This document shows positions 1 through 8,163 of a DNA stretch of 27,229 bases, piece after piece (position 1 is the stretch's first letter; every line of letters starts with the position of its first letter). This DNA is from a virus (Duplodnaviria > Caudoviricetes). Where the stretch lies: positions 1-27,229 of IMG/VR virus record IMGVR_UViG_3300017757_000107; one strand, given 5' to 3'. The translations under genes and the position numbers were made by a program. Below the pieces are notes generated by a model that saw only the letters and a program-made list of their open reading frames with translations, was not told the origin of the DNA and made no database searches.

Positions 1-123
1 ATTTACTTAATGCTTTTATATGCCATTAAACACGACCAAAAGTTTTTAATATACAGCAGCGAAAACGAGCCTTACGAATTAATACAGCGGCTTTTAGAGT
101 TTATACTAGAGCAACCAATAAAT
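1..123. repeat. Terminal direct repeat, left copy (123 bp; probably a circular assembly overlap)
   Basis: 1-123 (atttacttaatgc...ccaataaat) is identical to 27107-27229 and lies inside a gene that reads across the join. Confidence 0.95.
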
Positions 124-735
124 AGAATAATACCGACAGACTTTAACGCTGGTATTGCCTGGATCAAAAAACATTTTCAATTCATAGACAACAGCCAGCT
201 ATATACTTATAAAGAGCTTTTAGCAGAGGCCGTAAGACATAGGACCGTTTTTAAATACGACGGTTTTTTAATAGACCCTTATAATAGTTTAGCAAAAGAT
301 AGGGACATGCTCAAAGGCATAAGCACCCACGAGTACGACTACGAGGCTACAACCGACATGAGACTATTTTGTAAACAATACAGAGTTACTATTTGGCTTT
401 GTACACATGCAAATACAGAGGCTATAAGGCAAGTATATAGAGACGGCCTATACCAAGGCTACCCAAAGACCCCAGAAAGCAGCAGCATTGAGGGGGGCGG
501 CAAATTCGTAAACCGCTGCGATTTTTTCGCAGTATGCCATAGGTTTATACAGCACCCCACAGAGTTTATGAATAGCCAGCTACATATTAAAAAGGTTAAG
601 TCTATAAGCTCTGGCGGTAGATGTACGCCGCTAGACGACCCTATTATGCTAAAAGCAATTACCAACAATGTGGGGTACTCTATCAACAATGAAAGCCTGG
701 TAAAAAAACTCAAAGCAATAAAGTCGCCGTTCTAA
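1..735 (+). CDS. DnaB-like (SF4) helicase, C-terminal part; the gene starts at 26936, about 301 aa in total
   Basis: In frame with 26936-27106. Contains YSSEN, Walker B-like FLIDPYN, LCTH and SSIEGGG..NRCD motifs; Walker A is in the other piece. Confidence 0.85.
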   Translation: MYLMLLYAIKHDQKFLIYSSENEPYELIQRLLEFILEQPINRIIPTDFNAGIAWIKKHFQFIDNSQLYTYKELLAEAVRHRTVFKYDGFLIDPYNSLAKDRDMLKGISTHEYDYEATTDMRLFCKQYRVTIWLCTHANTEAIRQVYRDGLYQGYPKTPESSSIEGGGKFVNRCDFFAVCHRFIQHPTEFMNSQLHIKKVKSISSGGRCTPLDDPIMLKAITNNVGYSINNESLVKKLKAIKSPF

Positions 736-764
736 GTTAGTATTTTTTTTATTAACTTTTAAAC

Positions 765-1358
765 GTGAAAAATTGCGTTTTATCGAAAATACATAAAAAC
801 CATAATATCTGGCTAGACATAGTACAGAGCTTTAAGGTCAATAAAGAGACGGCAAAAGACGTCGTTTCTGAAATGTATATAAACGTGCAAACGCATATAC
901 AGAAAAAAGGCGCAGACATATACTATAACGGCGACGAAATAAACTACTACTTTATATATATATGTTTACGAAACCTAGTCTACGATTTAAAGCGTAAAGA
1001 AAAAAAGGTTAAGTACATAGACATAGACAGTAAAAAACTACAAACCGAAACCGAAGAGTATATCGAAACGCCAGACGGTTACGAAAAATTAAAGTCTATA
1101 ATTGACTGGTACGAAAACCCAGAGTATTTAGAAATGCTAAAAGGCGATACGTACCTAGAAGACTTTACAAGCGACAAAATGCACCTTTACTATTTAAGAC
1201 GTATATTTAAAGAGGTTTTTCTTGACGGTAAAAAATTAGCTAAATTTAGCCGAGAAACTAAAATAGGTTACTGGTCGCTTAGAAATACCTTAAAAACTAT
1301 AAAAAACCAAATAAAAAATGAGTATAAAAATAGGCACGATACTAGAGACAATATTTAA
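765..1358 (+). CDS. ECF/sigma-70-like RNA polymerase sigma factor (probable late sigma)
   Basis: Region 2-like AKDVVSEMY...ICLRNLVYDLKRK and a region 4 HTH-like LAKFSRETKIGYWSLRNTL; GTG start. Confidence 0.7.
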   Translation: MKNCVLSKIHKNHNIWLDIVQSFKVNKETAKDVVSEMYINVQTHIQKKGADIYYNGDEINYYFIYICLRNLVYDLKRKEKKVKYIDIDSKKLQTETEEYIETPDGYEKLKSIIDWYENPEYLEMLKGDTYLEDFTSDKMHLYYLRRIFKEVFLDGKKLAKFSRETKIGYWSLRNTLKTIKNQIKNEYKNRHDTRDNI

Positions 1359-1479
1359 GTATACAGGCGTTAAATGGCTCGTAAAAAAAATAGTCATTGA
1401 CTGGCTAGGCTATGAGAGCTGCGGCTGCGAAGAGCGACGCGACAAGCTAAATTCATTAACTATAAAAAGGCATGAATAA
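1318..1479 (+). CDS. Small Cys-containing protein (53 aa, ...TGVKWLVK...SCGCEERRDKLN)
   Basis: Translated by hand; overlaps both neighbours; CGC motif. Confidence 0.7.
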   Translation: MSIKIGTILETIFKYTGVKWLVKKIVIDWLGYESCGCEERRDKLNSLTIKRHE

Positions 1480-1678
1480 AAAAGACTATCAATACTGGAC
1501 CAAATTTCGAGCTAGCAAGTCTACGTCTATTACAAAAGAAGAGTATACAACAATTTGCCGTATGCACGCAGAGTTTAAAAAGCATGCCTATTTTGAGCCT
1601 TGCAAATGCTCGCCAAAAGGCATACAGCGTTTTATAGACGACATAAACAAAATATATGAACAAAGACAAAACAAATAA
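1472..1678 (+). CDS. Small hypothetical protein with PCKCS motif
   Basis: ORF track; overlaps flanking genes. Confidence 0.7.
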   Translation: MNKKDYQYWTKFRASKSTSITKEEYTTICRMHAEFKKHAYFEPCKCSPKGIQRFIDDINKIYEQRQNK

Positions 1679-2144
1679 ATTCGAGCAAGCCGTTGTAGCT
1701 ATATTAAATATTGACGGCTGGCAGCTAAACTGGTGCGGCGATACAAACAACCTTTACGACGCCGAGGGTTTAACGCCAGAAAAAGAGGGTAAGCGCAATA
1801 AATGCGTTATAGAAATTAAGTTTAGAAACGTATACTATGAAGACAAGCTACTAGAAAAAAACAAATACGACAGTTTAATGGCCCTAGACGACGACATAGT
1901 AAAGCTATATTTTGTTTTTGATCCTAAAGGCAATTACCTATACTGGCTCAATAAATTAAATATGCCAGAGCCGCAAAGCAAAAACCTAGGTAAAACTAGC
2001 CTATGGGCAAACCAAAGAGTAGCCAAAGAAATATACTTATTACCAGAAAGTAAGGCAACCATAATACAAAGAAATTCTAACGAGCGAGCGCAAAAAAGCG
2101 TTTGGGACGAGTACCTTAAAAAACAGCGCAAAATAAGTTTTTGA
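1656..2144 (+). CDS. PD-(D/E)XK-fold nuclease-like protein
   Basis: E...YDA...VIEIKFR catalytic-like motif. Confidence 0.6.
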   Translation: MNKDKTNKFEQAVVAILNIDGWQLNWCGDTNNLYDAEGLTPEKEGKRNKCVIEIKFRNVYYEDKLLEKNKYDSLMALDDDIVKLYFVFDPKGNYLYWLNKLNMPEPQSKNLGKTSLWANQRVAKEIYLLPESKATIIQRNSNERAQKSVWDEYLKKQRKISF

Positions 2145-2188
2145 CATAAAAGGCCATATTTTAACATTTTTTTTTGTAATTTTAGGCT

Positions 2189-2515
2189 ATGGCAAAACAC
2201 GATATAATAGAAGAGCAAAAAAACAACGTATACGACATTGAAGAGCTAGCCTACTTTGGCAGCTTTGAAAAAGCCAGCAACTTACTAATTAACTGGCAAG
2301 CTAAAGCACAAAAGGCAAACAGCGAAAACACTTTAAAAGAGCTTACAGCTTGCGCAGACGCGCTAGCTAGAATAGGTATTTACGTTAGTCAAATGCAAAC
2401 TAGGCAGCGCGAATACGACGTACAGCTAAGTAGGTTTAGAGTAGCCAAACTAGAGGCAGACGCAAAAGCCGAAAAAGCAATACAAGACTTAGAAGACTAT
2501 AAACTACAATTATGA
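2189..2515 (+). CDS. Hypothetical coiled-coil protein
   Basis: 108 aa ORF, helical composition, typical codon usage. Confidence 0.7.
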   Translation: MAKHDIIEEQKNNVYDIEELAYFGSFEKASNLLINWQAKAQKANSENTLKELTACADALARIGIYVSQMQTRQREYDVQLSRFRVAKLEADAKAEKAIQDLEDYKLQL

Positions 2516-2607
2516 ATAAAAAAACCGAATACCAAATAACGTTTTATTCTCTAGTAGCTATACTTATAACTACAGCGTATTTAATATTTGACAGCTGTAC
2601 GTCATGA
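2512..2607 (+). CDS. Small membrane peptide (31 aa)
   Basis: MNKKTEYQITFYSLVAILITTAYLIFDSCTS; ATGA overlaps at both ends; one hydrophobic segment. Confidence 0.55.
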   Translation: MNKKTEYQITFYSLVAILITTAYLIFDSCTS

Positions 2608-2756
2608 CTGAATTACAGTTACTTAAAAACGAGCTAAAAGACATACAATATCTTTTAATGCAAACCCAGCATATAAGCGCTGGCAGCTTTGAATTTAGAG
2701 CCAAAGCCTTAAAGCGTTTAGAAGAGATAAAAACAATACTTAAAGACCTTAAATAA
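2604..2756 (+). CDS. Small hypothetical protein (50 aa)
   Basis: MTELQLLKNELKDIQ...KDLK; translationally coupled to neighbours. Confidence 0.6.
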   Translation: MTELQLLKNELKDIQYLLMQTQHISAGSFEFRAKALKRLEEIKTILKDLK

Positions 2757-2845
2757 TGTATCTACCAATTTTGCACCCTTGCCCAGTATGTTTAGGTATA
2801 TGCCTAGCGACATATTTAATACTCAAAAAAAATAAAAAGAAATGA
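2756..2845 (+). CDS. Small peptide (29 aa; HPCPVC, hydrophobic stretch, basic tail)
   Basis: TAATG and ATGA overlaps with neighbours. Confidence 0.5.
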   Translation: MYLPILHPCPVCLGICLATYLILKKNKKK

Positions 2846-2973
2846 AACATAACGCTATAGAAAACGAAATATTTGACGCGTATAGAAAACAACAAAAAGA
2901 AATACAAAAGTCTATACAAATACTAAAAAAGCATAACTATAAAATTTATAAAAATAAGCATGAAGAGCTATAA
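2842..2973 (+). CDS. Small hypothetical protein (43 aa)
   Basis: MKHNAIENEIFDAYRKQQ...; coupled start. Confidence 0.55.
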   Translation: MKHNAIENEIFDAYRKQQKEIQKSIQILKKHNYKIYKNKHEEL

Positions 2974-3127
2974 AATAGAGTACCGCTATTTAGCCTTTGG
3001 GGGTCAAGACCTAGAGGGTTACGACTACGACATAGTAAACGTAAAGGCTATAAGTCCTAGCCAGGCTATAAGGCTAGCAAAAGATAAGGCACCCTTTAAC
3101 GCAAAAGACTTTCAAATACTAAATTAA
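2960..3127 (+). CDS. Small hypothetical protein (55 aa)
   Basis: MKSYKIEYRYLAFGG...; stop overlaps the next ATG (TAATG). Confidence 0.6.
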   Translation: MKSYKIEYRYLAFGGQDLEGYDYDIVNVKAISPSQAIRLAKDKAPFNAKDFQILN

Positions 3128-3924
3128 TGAAAAACGAAATACAACTACTAGACGGCAACTTTTACGACAAAAGCGAGCTATTAAATAAAATGTACGACGA
3201 CGAGTTTTACTACGGCGAGCTGTCAAAACTAGCTTTAAGTAGCTCTAGTCTTAAACTACTTTTAGACAGTCCGAAAACATACTACTACGTTACTAAGTAT
3301 GCAAAAAATGAAACTACCGCGGCATTACGCGCTGGTCATCTATTCCACCTGGCCATTTTAGAGCCTACAAAATACGACAAGATCAAATTTGTTGAGGTGC
3401 AAAGTAGAAACAGTAAAAAGTTTAAAGACGCAGTAGAAGAGTTTGGCGAGGTTTACACAGCAAAAGAGCGCGACGAAAACAATAGACTTATAGACGCTAT
3501 GCTTAAAAACCCTACGGCCCAAGAATTAATAAGAGACAGCAAAAGCGAAGTACCAAAAATATCAAATGTTATGGGTATGCCGTTTAGAGGCAAGGCCGAC
3601 ATATTAAAAAACAAAGGCGGTATCGTAGATTTAAAAACTACCCAAGACGTACAGCATTTTGACAAAAGCGCTTTTAAATATAAATACCACTTACAGGCCG
3701 CAATTTATATAGACCTATTTAGTACGCCAGAAAAACCCTTAACGCATGAAGACTTTACGTTTTTATGCATTTCAAAAAATAATTTAGACATAGGCGTATG
3801 GCGCTGTAGTGAGGCGTTTATAGAATACGGACGCCAGGAATTACGCAAAGGCATAGACTTATATAAAACTTACATACGTGAAGACTTTGACATAAACGAC
3901 TATACAATACAGGGTACCTTATAA
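3127..3924 (+). CDS. RecE/exonuclease VIII-like PD-(D/E)XK exonuclease
   Basis: LSSSSLKLL, G.LFH.AILEP, FRGKADIL, IVDLKTT and YHLQAAIY motifs. Confidence 0.8.
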   Translation: MKNEIQLLDGNFYDKSELLNKMYDDEFYYGELSKLALSSSSLKLLLDSPKTYYYVTKYAKNETTAALRAGHLFHLAILEPTKYDKIKFVEVQSRNSKKFKDAVEEFGEVYTAKERDENNRLIDAMLKNPTAQELIRDSKSEVPKISNVMGMPFRGKADILKNKGGIVDLKTTQDVQHFDKSAFKYKYHLQAAIYIDLFSTPEKPLTHEDFTFLCISKNNLDIGVWRCSEAFIEYGRQELRKGIDLYKTYIREDFDINDYTIQGTL

Positions 3925-4262
3925 TGGAATTTAAAAGTAATTTCGAGTATGACTTAAAAGTCGGCCAGGTAAAAGAAAAACAGCTAGCCGACATACTAGA
4001 AAATAAAACCATTGAAGTAAAAAGCTGTATAGAGGCAGACTTTAATATATTTGTAGAATACGAAAGCCGCGGCAAGCCGTCTGGCATAAACAAAAGTAAA
4101 GCTAACTATTATTGCTTTGTACTAAAAAACGTATTTATATTAATATCACTAAACGACCTAAAAAAGAAATGCGCGCCTTATATGAATACAAAACGTAATG
4201 TAGTAGGCGGCGACAATAATACGTCAAAAGGCATACTACTACCAATTAGAGACTTAAAATAA
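3924..4262 (+). CDS. Small PD-(D/E)XK-like endonuclease-fold protein
   Basis: IEVKS, NIFVEYESRGKPSGI..SKANYY. Confidence 0.55.
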   Translation: MEFKSNFEYDLKVGQVKEKQLADILENKTIEVKSCIEADFNIFVEYESRGKPSGINKSKANYYCFVLKNVFILISLNDLKKKCAPYMNTKRNVVGGDNNTSKGILLPIRDLK

Positions 4263-4411
4263 TGAGACGCAAAAAACTAACCCAGCAAAAGCGTATAGAA
4301 ACCCTAGAGCGAGTAGTCGCCCAGCTATACGTTAAAATCGAAACCTTACATAATATTGTTAAAAAACTTACGCATGAACAACCACAAGAAAATAGCGGAC
4401 CTAGTAATTGA
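4262..4411 (+). CDS. Small hypothetical protein (49 aa)
   Basis: MRRKKLTQQKRIETLERVVAQLY...; TAATG coupling. Confidence 0.6.
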   Translation: MRRKKLTQQKRIETLERVVAQLYVKIETLHNIVKKLTHEQPQENSGPSN

Positions 4412-4781
4412 GTATACAGGCATAGACATATACAGTAATAGAAAAACCCAAGACATAGTAGACGCTAGAGCCTTATTTGAATACATAATGAAACACGACT
4501 ACAACTCGACTTATTCTAAACTGTCGGATCACTACAGAAAAAACGGCAAAGAGCGCAAGCATAGCGTAATGATATATAGCGTTAGAAACTTTGAAAACGA
4601 AATACGACACAGGCGTAAAGACTATAACGAATACTACCAAAATATACTACAAACAGACATAACAGTATTACAATACAAAAACGCCTATAAACTAATAACC
4701 GAAAACTTAAAAAACCAAAAACAACTACGCAAAATACGTAAGTATATTACAGAGGTTTTAGAAGAGCAACCTAAAAACTAA
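4374..4781 (+). CDS. HTH DNA-binding protein resembling the DnaA C-terminal domain IV
   Basis: RKTQDIVDARALFEY...RKHSVMIYSV resembles DnaA R..I..ARQIAMY...RDHSTV; ATG at 4374 preferred over TTG at 4356. Confidence 0.6.
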   Translation: MNNHKKIADLVIEYTGIDIYSNRKTQDIVDARALFEYIMKHDYNSTYSKLSDHYRKNGKERKHSVMIYSVRNFENEIRHRRKDYNEYYQNILQTDITVLQYKNAYKLITENLKNQKQLRKIRKYITEVLEEQPKN

Positions 4782-4797
4782 AAACAACCGTTATATA
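4771..4797 (+). promoter_or_regulatory. Putative phage-sigma late promoter (CTAAA-N13-CGTTATATA)
   Basis: One of five intergenic copies; the terS ATG starts 12 nt after the C of CGTT. Confidence 0.7.
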
Positions 4798-4800
4798 AGT

Positions 4801-5136
4801 ATGGTACGAGACACACAAGACAGTAAAAAAAAGATGCTAGAGGCCCTAGAGTTTAATTTAGGCATAGTATCTACGAGCTGCGCAGTCGCAGACGTAAGTA
4901 GAGCAACCCACTACCGCTGGCTAAAAGAAGACGAAGACTACAAAGCATACGTACAAAACATACACGAGGCCGCTATTGATTTTGTAGAGAGTAAGCTATA
5001 CGAAAAAATAAAGGACAAAGATACCGCAAGTATTATTTTCTATTTAAAGAGCAAAGCAAAGCACCGCGGATATGTAGAGCGCCAGCAAATTGAAGTAGGC
5101 GAGACAAAAGAGTTTACAGTCAAAGTTATAGAATAG
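4801..5136 (+). CDS. terS: Terminase small subunit
   Basis: N-terminal HTH (VSRATHYRWL), IIFYLKSKAKHRGY motif, directly upstream of terL. Confidence 0.8.
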   Translation: MVRDTQDSKKKMLEALEFNLGIVSTSCAVADVSRATHYRWLKEDEDYKAYVQNIHEAAIDFVESKLYEKIKDKDTASIIFYLKSKAKHRGYVERQQIEVGETKEFTVKVIE

Positions 5137-6308
5137 TGCAAATAGATACTAACGTCGTCTGGCGGCACCTAGAAGAGACAGACAAAAAAATAGTTATATG
5201 CCAGGGCGGTACACGTAGCGGCAAAACTTATAATATATTACTATGGCTTATATTTTCTTACAGCCAAAAGTATACAGGCAAAACCATAACAATATTTAGG
5301 GCAACGTACCCAGCTTTACGCGCTACAGTCATGCGCGACTTTTTTGACATACTAAACAAATACGACTTATACAACGAGGCAAAGCATAATAAAAGCAATA
5401 GCGAGTACAGGCTCAACGGCAACCTATTTGAGTTTGTAAGCATAGACCAGGCCAGCAGACTAAAGGGGCGTAAAAGAAACATAGCATTTTTAAATGAGGC
5501 TAACGAGTTAAGCTACTCTAGCTATAGCCAGGTTTTATTTAGGACCGTAGGCACCGACGGCGCCCCAAGTCTAATACTAGACTATAACCCTAGCGACGAG
5601 TATAGCTACATATACACAAAAGTAAAAACACGCGAAGACGCCGCATTTCACATAACCACATACAAAGACAATAAATTTCTAGAGCAAACACTTGTAGACG
5701 AAATAGAGCGCCTAAAAGAAACTGACGAAGATTACTGGCGAGTATACGGCCTGGGTCAAGTAGGACGCAACCGCGCGACTGTATTTAAGTTTAACGAGTG
5801 CGACGAAATACCAGACAGAGCTAAACTAATTGCCAGGGGTCTAGACTGGGGGTTTGTTAATGATCCTAGCGTTTTAGTAGCGACATACGTACTAGATAAT
5901 AATATGTATATAGACGAGCTGTTTTATAAGTACGGCATGACAAACAGAGACATACACAATGAATTAACAAAACTAAACTTAACGCGTGCCGACCAGATAT
6001 TTGCCGACAGCAGCGAGCCAAAGAGTATAGACGAGCTGTACCGCTACGGCTGGAATATTAAGGCAGCGACAAAAGGCAAGGACAGTATTATGCTAGGCAT
6101 TGACTTAATGAAACGCTACAATATATTTATAACTAGCCGCAGCGCAAACACTATACAAGAATTTCGTAATTACAAATGGCTAGAAGACAAAAACGGTAAT
6201 TTGCTAAATAAGCCAGAAGATAAAAATAACCATGCCGTCGATAGTACCAGGTATAGTATTTTTACTAGACTGTCTAGGCCAAACGTAGCTAGGTACGCTA
6301 TAAGATAA
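5136..6308 (+). CDS. terL: Terminase large subunit, PBSX/SPP1-like
   Basis: QGGTRSGKT Walker A, FLNEANE Walker B, DYNP, GLDWGFVNDP, ADSSEPKSI, NHAVDSTRY. Confidence 0.95.
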   Translation: MQIDTNVVWRHLEETDKKIVICQGGTRSGKTYNILLWLIFSYSQKYTGKTITIFRATYPALRATVMRDFFDILNKYDLYNEAKHNKSNSEYRLNGNLFEFVSIDQASRLKGRKRNIAFLNEANELSYSSYSQVLFRTVGTDGAPSLILDYNPSDEYSYIYTKVKTREDAAFHITTYKDNKFLEQTLVDEIERLKETDEDYWRVYGLGQVGRNRATVFKFNECDEIPDRAKLIARGLDWGFVNDPSVLVATYVLDNNMYIDELFYKYGMTNRDIHNELTKLNLTRADQIFADSSEPKSIDELYRYGWNIKAATKGKDSIMLGIDLMKRYNIFITSRSANTIQEFRNYKWLEDKNGNLLNKPEDKNNHAVDSTRYSIFTRLSRPNVARYAIR

Positions 6309-6310
6309 AA

Positions 6311-6323
6311 TTTGTATATTGCA
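6311..6323 (+). promoter_or_regulatory. Possible host-type -7 promoter element upstream of the methyltransferase
   Basis: TATATTGCA at 6315-6323, identical to copies at 7001 and 25710; no clear -33 element. Confidence 0.45.
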
Positions 6324-6335
6324 TAAATTTACGGT

Positions 6336-6965
6336 ATGAAACTTTTAGAGCTTTTTGCTGGCAGTAGGTCCGTAGGCAAAGAGGCAGAAAAACTAGGCTT
6401 TCAAGTATTTTCGTCAGACATAAACGACTTTGACGGTATAGACTACGTTACTGACATTTTAAATTTTGACATAAATAAACTACCCTTTAAGCCTACAGTA
6501 ATTTGGGCAAGTCCACCCTGTACTACTTATTCGCTTTTACAAGTAAGGCATCATAGAGACAATACTACGCCGAAAACAAAAGACGCCGAGCTAGCAGACG
6601 TAATAGTAAAACATACATTAAATTTAATTAAAGAGCTACAGCCTAAATACTGGTATATAGAAAACCCTAGAGCTATGCTAAGAAAAATGCCTTTTATGTC
6701 TGGCCTACCTAGAGCTACAGTTTGGTATTGTAAGTACGGCGACCATAGGGCCAAGCCTACAGATATTTGGTCCAATAATATATTTAGCCTTTTTAATACT
6801 AACGGCTGGCAGCCTAGGCCTAAATGTTTTAATGGTAATACTAAATGCCACCATAACCCAGCGCCGCGAGGATCAACAACAGGCACGCAAGGTTTTTTAA
6901 CAGACTACGAGCGAAGTATTATACCTGGCGAGCTAGGGCGCGAAATAATGCAAAACAGCAAATAA
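6336..6965 (+). CDS. Compact DNA cytosine-C5 methyltransferase
   Basis: Motif I LELFAG, motif IV ASPPC, motif VI IENP, C-terminal RSIIP; little room for a target-recognition domain. Confidence 0.85.
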   Translation: MKLLELFAGSRSVGKEAEKLGFQVFSSDINDFDGIDYVTDILNFDINKLPFKPTVIWASPPCTTYSLLQVRHHRDNTTPKTKDAELADVIVKHTLNLIKELQPKYWYIENPRAMLRKMPFMSGLPRATVWYCKYGDHRAKPTDIWSNNIFSLFNTNGWQPRPKCFNGNTKCHHNPAPRGSTTGTQGFLTDYERSIIPGELGREIMQNSK

Positions 6966-6977
6966 CTTTATAGACAT

Positions 6978-7009
6978 TTTGTTTATAAGTAAATTAATTG
7001 TATATTGCA
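6978..7009 (+). promoter_or_regulatory. Bacteroidota-type promoter TTTG-N19-TATATTGCA
   Basis: TTTG 6978-6981 and TATATTGCA 7001-7009; same layout at 25687-25718; close to the TTTG/TAnnTTTG consensus. Confidence 0.65.
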
Positions 7010-7015
7010 GACGTC

Positions 7016-7130
7016 TTAGTACAGCAGCGGCATTTTAAAGACCGCGTAAGCCTCGAACGCGTAGCTATACGAAAAATAGCAGTCATGCCTAAACTAGACA
7101 GGCGAGCGACTTAAACTACTAAATATGCCT
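7016..7130 (+). ncRNA. Candidate multi-stem structured RNA or 5' leader
   Basis: ttagta/tactaa closing stem enclosing gcgg/ccgc (or cgcgt/acgcg), gctat/atagc and agtc-gcct/aggc-gact stems; non-coding, just after a promoter. Confidence 0.5.
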
Positions 7131-7151
7131 GGTTAATTAAATTACGATATA

Positions 7152-7307
7152 ATGAAAAACTACGACTACAAAGAATTAATTAAAGACGCTGAATTTGAAG
7201 TACAGTATTACGAAAGCGAATACAACAAAGTAGAGGGCAGACTGTTTAGAGCAAAACTAGCTCTAGAGCAGTTACAAATTAGACAAGCTCAAAACGAAAT
7301 AGTATAA
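7152..7307 (+). CDS. Small coiled-coil protein (51 aa)
   Basis: MKNYDYKELIKDAEFEVQYYESEYNKVEGRLFRAKLALEQLQIRQAQNEIV; lies between the RNA and a terminator. Confidence 0.7.
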   Translation: MKNYDYKELIKDAEFEVQYYESEYNKVEGRLFRAKLALEQLQIRQAQNEIV

Positions 7308-7314
7308 ACATAAT

Positions 7315-7334
7315 TTTAGTTTAGTTTAGTTTAG
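7315..7334. repeat. (TTTAG)4 tandem repeat
   Basis: Read directly, immediately before the terminator. Confidence 0.8.
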
Positions 7335-7360
7335 AGGCAGCCGAGAGGCTGTCTTTTTTT
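7335..7360 (+). terminator. Rho-independent terminator
   Basis: aggcagcc-gaga-ggctgtct followed by a T run. Confidence 0.85.
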
Positions 7361-7365
7361 ATGCT

Positions 7366-7393
7366 CACAATTTTAGTATTTTAACGTTATATA
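7366..7393 (+). promoter_or_regulatory. Putative late promoter of the tail operon
   Basis: CGTTATATA at 7385-7393, just after the terminator. Confidence 0.7.
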
Positions 7394-7408
7394 ATAAACC
7401 CTATAAAA

Positions 7409-8026
7409 ATGAAAGTAAATTTAAGAGTACCGACAACCCTAGCAGACATACCGCTACATCAATACCAGCGCTTTATAAAGACGTTCGAAAATACGGACGA
7501 CATGACAGAGGCGTACGCTGGTACTAAAATGCTAGAGATATTTTGCGGCCTAAAAACAGACGAGACTTTACAGCTAAAAGTAAAAGACTTAAAGACAATT
7601 ACGAATAAATTAAATATAGCGCTTTCAGAAAAACCCTTACTAATTACTAGATTTAAAATAGGCGGTACTGAATTCGGCTTTGTACCCCAACTTGACGACT
7701 TAACGTTCGGCGAGTTTGTAGACATAGAAAATAACATAGGCGACTGGGACAATATGCACAAAGCTATGAGCGTACTATATAGACCTATTACAGAGCGCAT
7801 AGACAGCCAGTACCAAATAGAAGAGTATAGAGGCGACAGCTGGCACGACGCTATGTTAAATATGCCAGCAGCTGTAGCAATTAGCGCTATTAATTTTTTT
7901 TTTCTTTTAGAAAACGACTTACTGAAAGTTACGCTACCTTATTCGAGCGAAGCGACGACGGACAAAGCACAGGATCAAAAGCTGACAACTTTAACAGACA
8001 ATGGGGGTGGTACCACAGCTTTATGA
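7409..8026 (+). CDS. Putative tail assembly chaperone (G-like, 0-frame product)
   Basis: First gene of the tail operon; contains a T10 slippery run at 7894-7903. Confidence 0.6.
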   Translation: MKVNLRVPTTLADIPLHQYQRFIKTFENTDDMTEAYAGTKMLEIFCGLKTDETLQLKVKDLKTITNKLNIALSEKPLLITRFKIGGTEFGFVPQLDDLTFGEFVDIENNIGDWDNMHKAMSVLYRPITERIDSQYQIEEYRGDSWHDAMLNMPAAVAISAINFFFLLENDLLKVTLPYSSEATTDKAQDQKLTTLTDNGGGTTAL

Positions 8027-8163
8027 GTTTAGCAAACGACAAATTTTTAGACTTAGAAATTATAGCAAAAAAAAACGTACATAATTGCTTAACCTACTTA
8101 ACATACGTAGGACAGAAAAATAAAGTACAAGACATATACATAAAAAGTAAATTTAAAAAATAA
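7894..8163 (+). CDS. -1 frame extension of the 7409 gene (GT-like fusion, about 251 aa)
   Basis: The -1 frame opens after TAA 7891-7893 at the T run, encodes FSFRKRLTESYATLF...RQWGWYHSF...SKFKK and stops overlapping the ATG at 8163. Confidence 0.65.
   Translation, partial: FFFSFRKRLTESYATLFERSDDGQSTGSKADNFNRQWGWYHSFMSLANDKFLDLEIIAKKNVHNCLTYLTYVGQKNKVQDIYIKSKFKK

Noticed and set aside
7016-7130. tRNA or hammerhead ribozyme
   Set aside because: No TTC-containing T-loop or acceptor stem, and no CUGAUGA core; kept only as an unknown RNA candidate.
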